From positions 1 through 63,899 of the IMG/VR virus record IMGVR_UViG_3300009506_000024: a DNA stretch of 63,899 nt, one strand, 5' to 3'. A program made the translations under genes and the position numbers. Under the pieces are notes generated by a model, which saw only the letters and a program-made list of their open reading frames with translations, searched no databases and was not told where the DNA came from. Position 1 is the stretch's first letter; each line of letters begins with the position of its first letter. The DNA is from a virus. Taxonomy: Duplodnaviria; Caudoviricetes. Of this stretch, positions 63,127 to 63,899 are shown piece after piece.

Positions 63127-63198
63127 ACCCCAGGCGGTGGATCCGCAGTCGGACCTCCTAAGTCTGATCCCCCAGTTCGATTCTGGGCTGGGGTTCCA
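63127..63198 (+). tRNA. tRNA-Arg(CCT), atypical short D-arm
   Basis: Acceptor ACCCCAG/CTGGGGT, loop CT-CCT-AA, TTCGA, CCA. Confidence 0.7.
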
Positions 63199-63209
63199 CC
63201 GGCATGTGT

Positions 63210-63284
63210 GGGCCGGTGGCGCAACGGTAGCGCATCCGGCTTTTAACCGGATGGTTGCGAGTTCGACTCTCGCTCGGCCCACCA
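63210..63284 (+). tRNA. tRNA-Lys(TTT)
   Basis: TCCGG CT-TTT-AA CCGGA. Confidence 0.93.
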
Positions 63285-63302
63285 GCCGGGTGGGGAAGAA
63301 AC

Positions 63303-63377
63303 GGGCTCGTAGCTCAATGGCAGAGCAAGTGGCTCTTAACCACGAGGTTGAGGGTTCAAGTCCCTCCGAGCCCACCA
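63303..63377 (+). tRNA. tRNA-Lys(CTT)
   Basis: Loop CT-CTT-AA, CCA. Confidence 0.92.
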
Positions 63378-63393
63378 ACTTTTGCAAAGGAGA

Positions 63394-63466
63394 GGGTCGG
63401 TCGCCAATGGTAGGCAGCCGGTCTCCAAAATCGGTGATGTTGGTTCGAGTCCAACCCGGCCCGCCA
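63394..63466 (+). tRNA. tRNA-Trp(CCA)
   Basis: CCGGT CT-CCA-AA ATCGG, G73. Confidence 0.9.
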
Positions 63467-63491
63467 TCACCGCTTTGGTGCAGGATGATCA

Positions 63492-63567
63492 GCCTGTGTA
63501 GCTCAGATGGAAGAGCATCTCGTTGCCAACGAGAAGGTCACGGGTTCGAGACCCGTCGCAGGCTCCA
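63492..63567 (+). tRNA. tRNA-Gly(GCC)
   Basis: TCTCG TT-GCC-AA CGAGA. Confidence 0.93.
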
Positions 63568-63587
63568 GCCTGTGACAGGTACCACGA

Positions 63588-63663
63588 GCTCGAGTGGCGC
63601 AGTTGGTAGCGCACGTCCTTGGTACGGACGAGGTCGCCGGTTCGAAGCCGGCCTCGAGCTCCA
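63588..63663 (+). tRNA. tRNA-Thr(GGT)
   Basis: CGTCC TT-GGT-AC GGACG. Confidence 0.93.
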
Positions 63664-63664
63664 T

Positions 63665-63740
63665 GCTCCGGTAGCTCAGACGGCAGAGCACCTGTTTCGT
63701 ACTCAGGAAGTCGTCGGTTCGACTCCGGCCCGGAGCTCCA
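63665..63740 (+). tRNA. tRNA-Thr(CGT)
   Basis: Loop TT-CGT-AC, with a 31:39 U:U mismatch. Confidence 0.88.
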
Positions 63741-63815
63741 GCCGGTGTGGCTCAACGGAAGAGCGTCTGCCTTGTAAGCAGAGGGTTGCAGGTTCGACTC
63801 CTGTCACCGGCTCCA
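63741..63815 (+). tRNA. tRNA-Thr(TGT)
   Basis: TCTGC CT-TGT-AA GCAGA. Confidence 0.93.
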
Positions 63816-63823
63816 GATCGCGT

Positions 63824-63897
63824 GGGGGTGTAGCTCAACGGGAGAGCCCTCGGTTTGCACCCGAGAGATGCAGGTTCGATTCCTGTCACTTCCACCA
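63824..63897 (+). tRNA. tRNA-Ala(TGC)
   Basis: CTCGG TT-TGC-AC CCGAG; G3:U70 identity pair. Confidence 0.93.
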
Positions 63898-63899
63898 AA

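Noticed and set aside
61732-63897. CRISPR array
   Set aside because: The recurring GGTTCGA/TAGCTCA strings are tRNA T- and D-arms. There are no identical repeats with spacers and no cas genes.
1-63899. Stop-codon reassignment
   Set aside because: TAG, TGA and TAA all terminate intact conserved genes, and coding density is high in code 11.

Overview
A 64-kb, GC-rich segment of a large tailed-phage genome (jumbo-like myophage, standard genetic code). All functional calls come from motif recognition by eye; no searches were run. Left part (1-43.9 kb) is virion morphogenesis: 3' end of a probable portal, a single-chain beta-beta' RNA polymerase (2059 aa), baseplate spike, terminase, prohead protease, scaffold-like proteins, major capsid protein, neck, tail sheath and tube. 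Right part (44-61.3 kb) holds early and metabolic genes: ParB-like, 5'-nucleotidase, dNK, DUF932, a prokaryotic histone, J-domain protein, Tmk, SLT, UvrD, ThyX, SNase and a tubulin/PhuZ-like GTPase. The window ends in an array of 20 tRNA genes that may continue beyond it. The most striking unexplained structure is a shared protein-level grammar across the head region. Short K-x-A(S/A) motifs and a longer [AS]F-x-[DN]EL-x-KI[AS] tag delimit interchangeable modules: glycine-zipper membrane hairpins, an ADP-ribosyltransferase, a LigD-phosphoesterase/DNA ligase, a J-domain, an inorganic pyrophosphatase and DUF5661. One K-x-A site also sits in a loop of the RNAP. I infer a capsid-targeting and protease-processed polyprotein cargo system that delivers enzymes and membrane peptides into the host.
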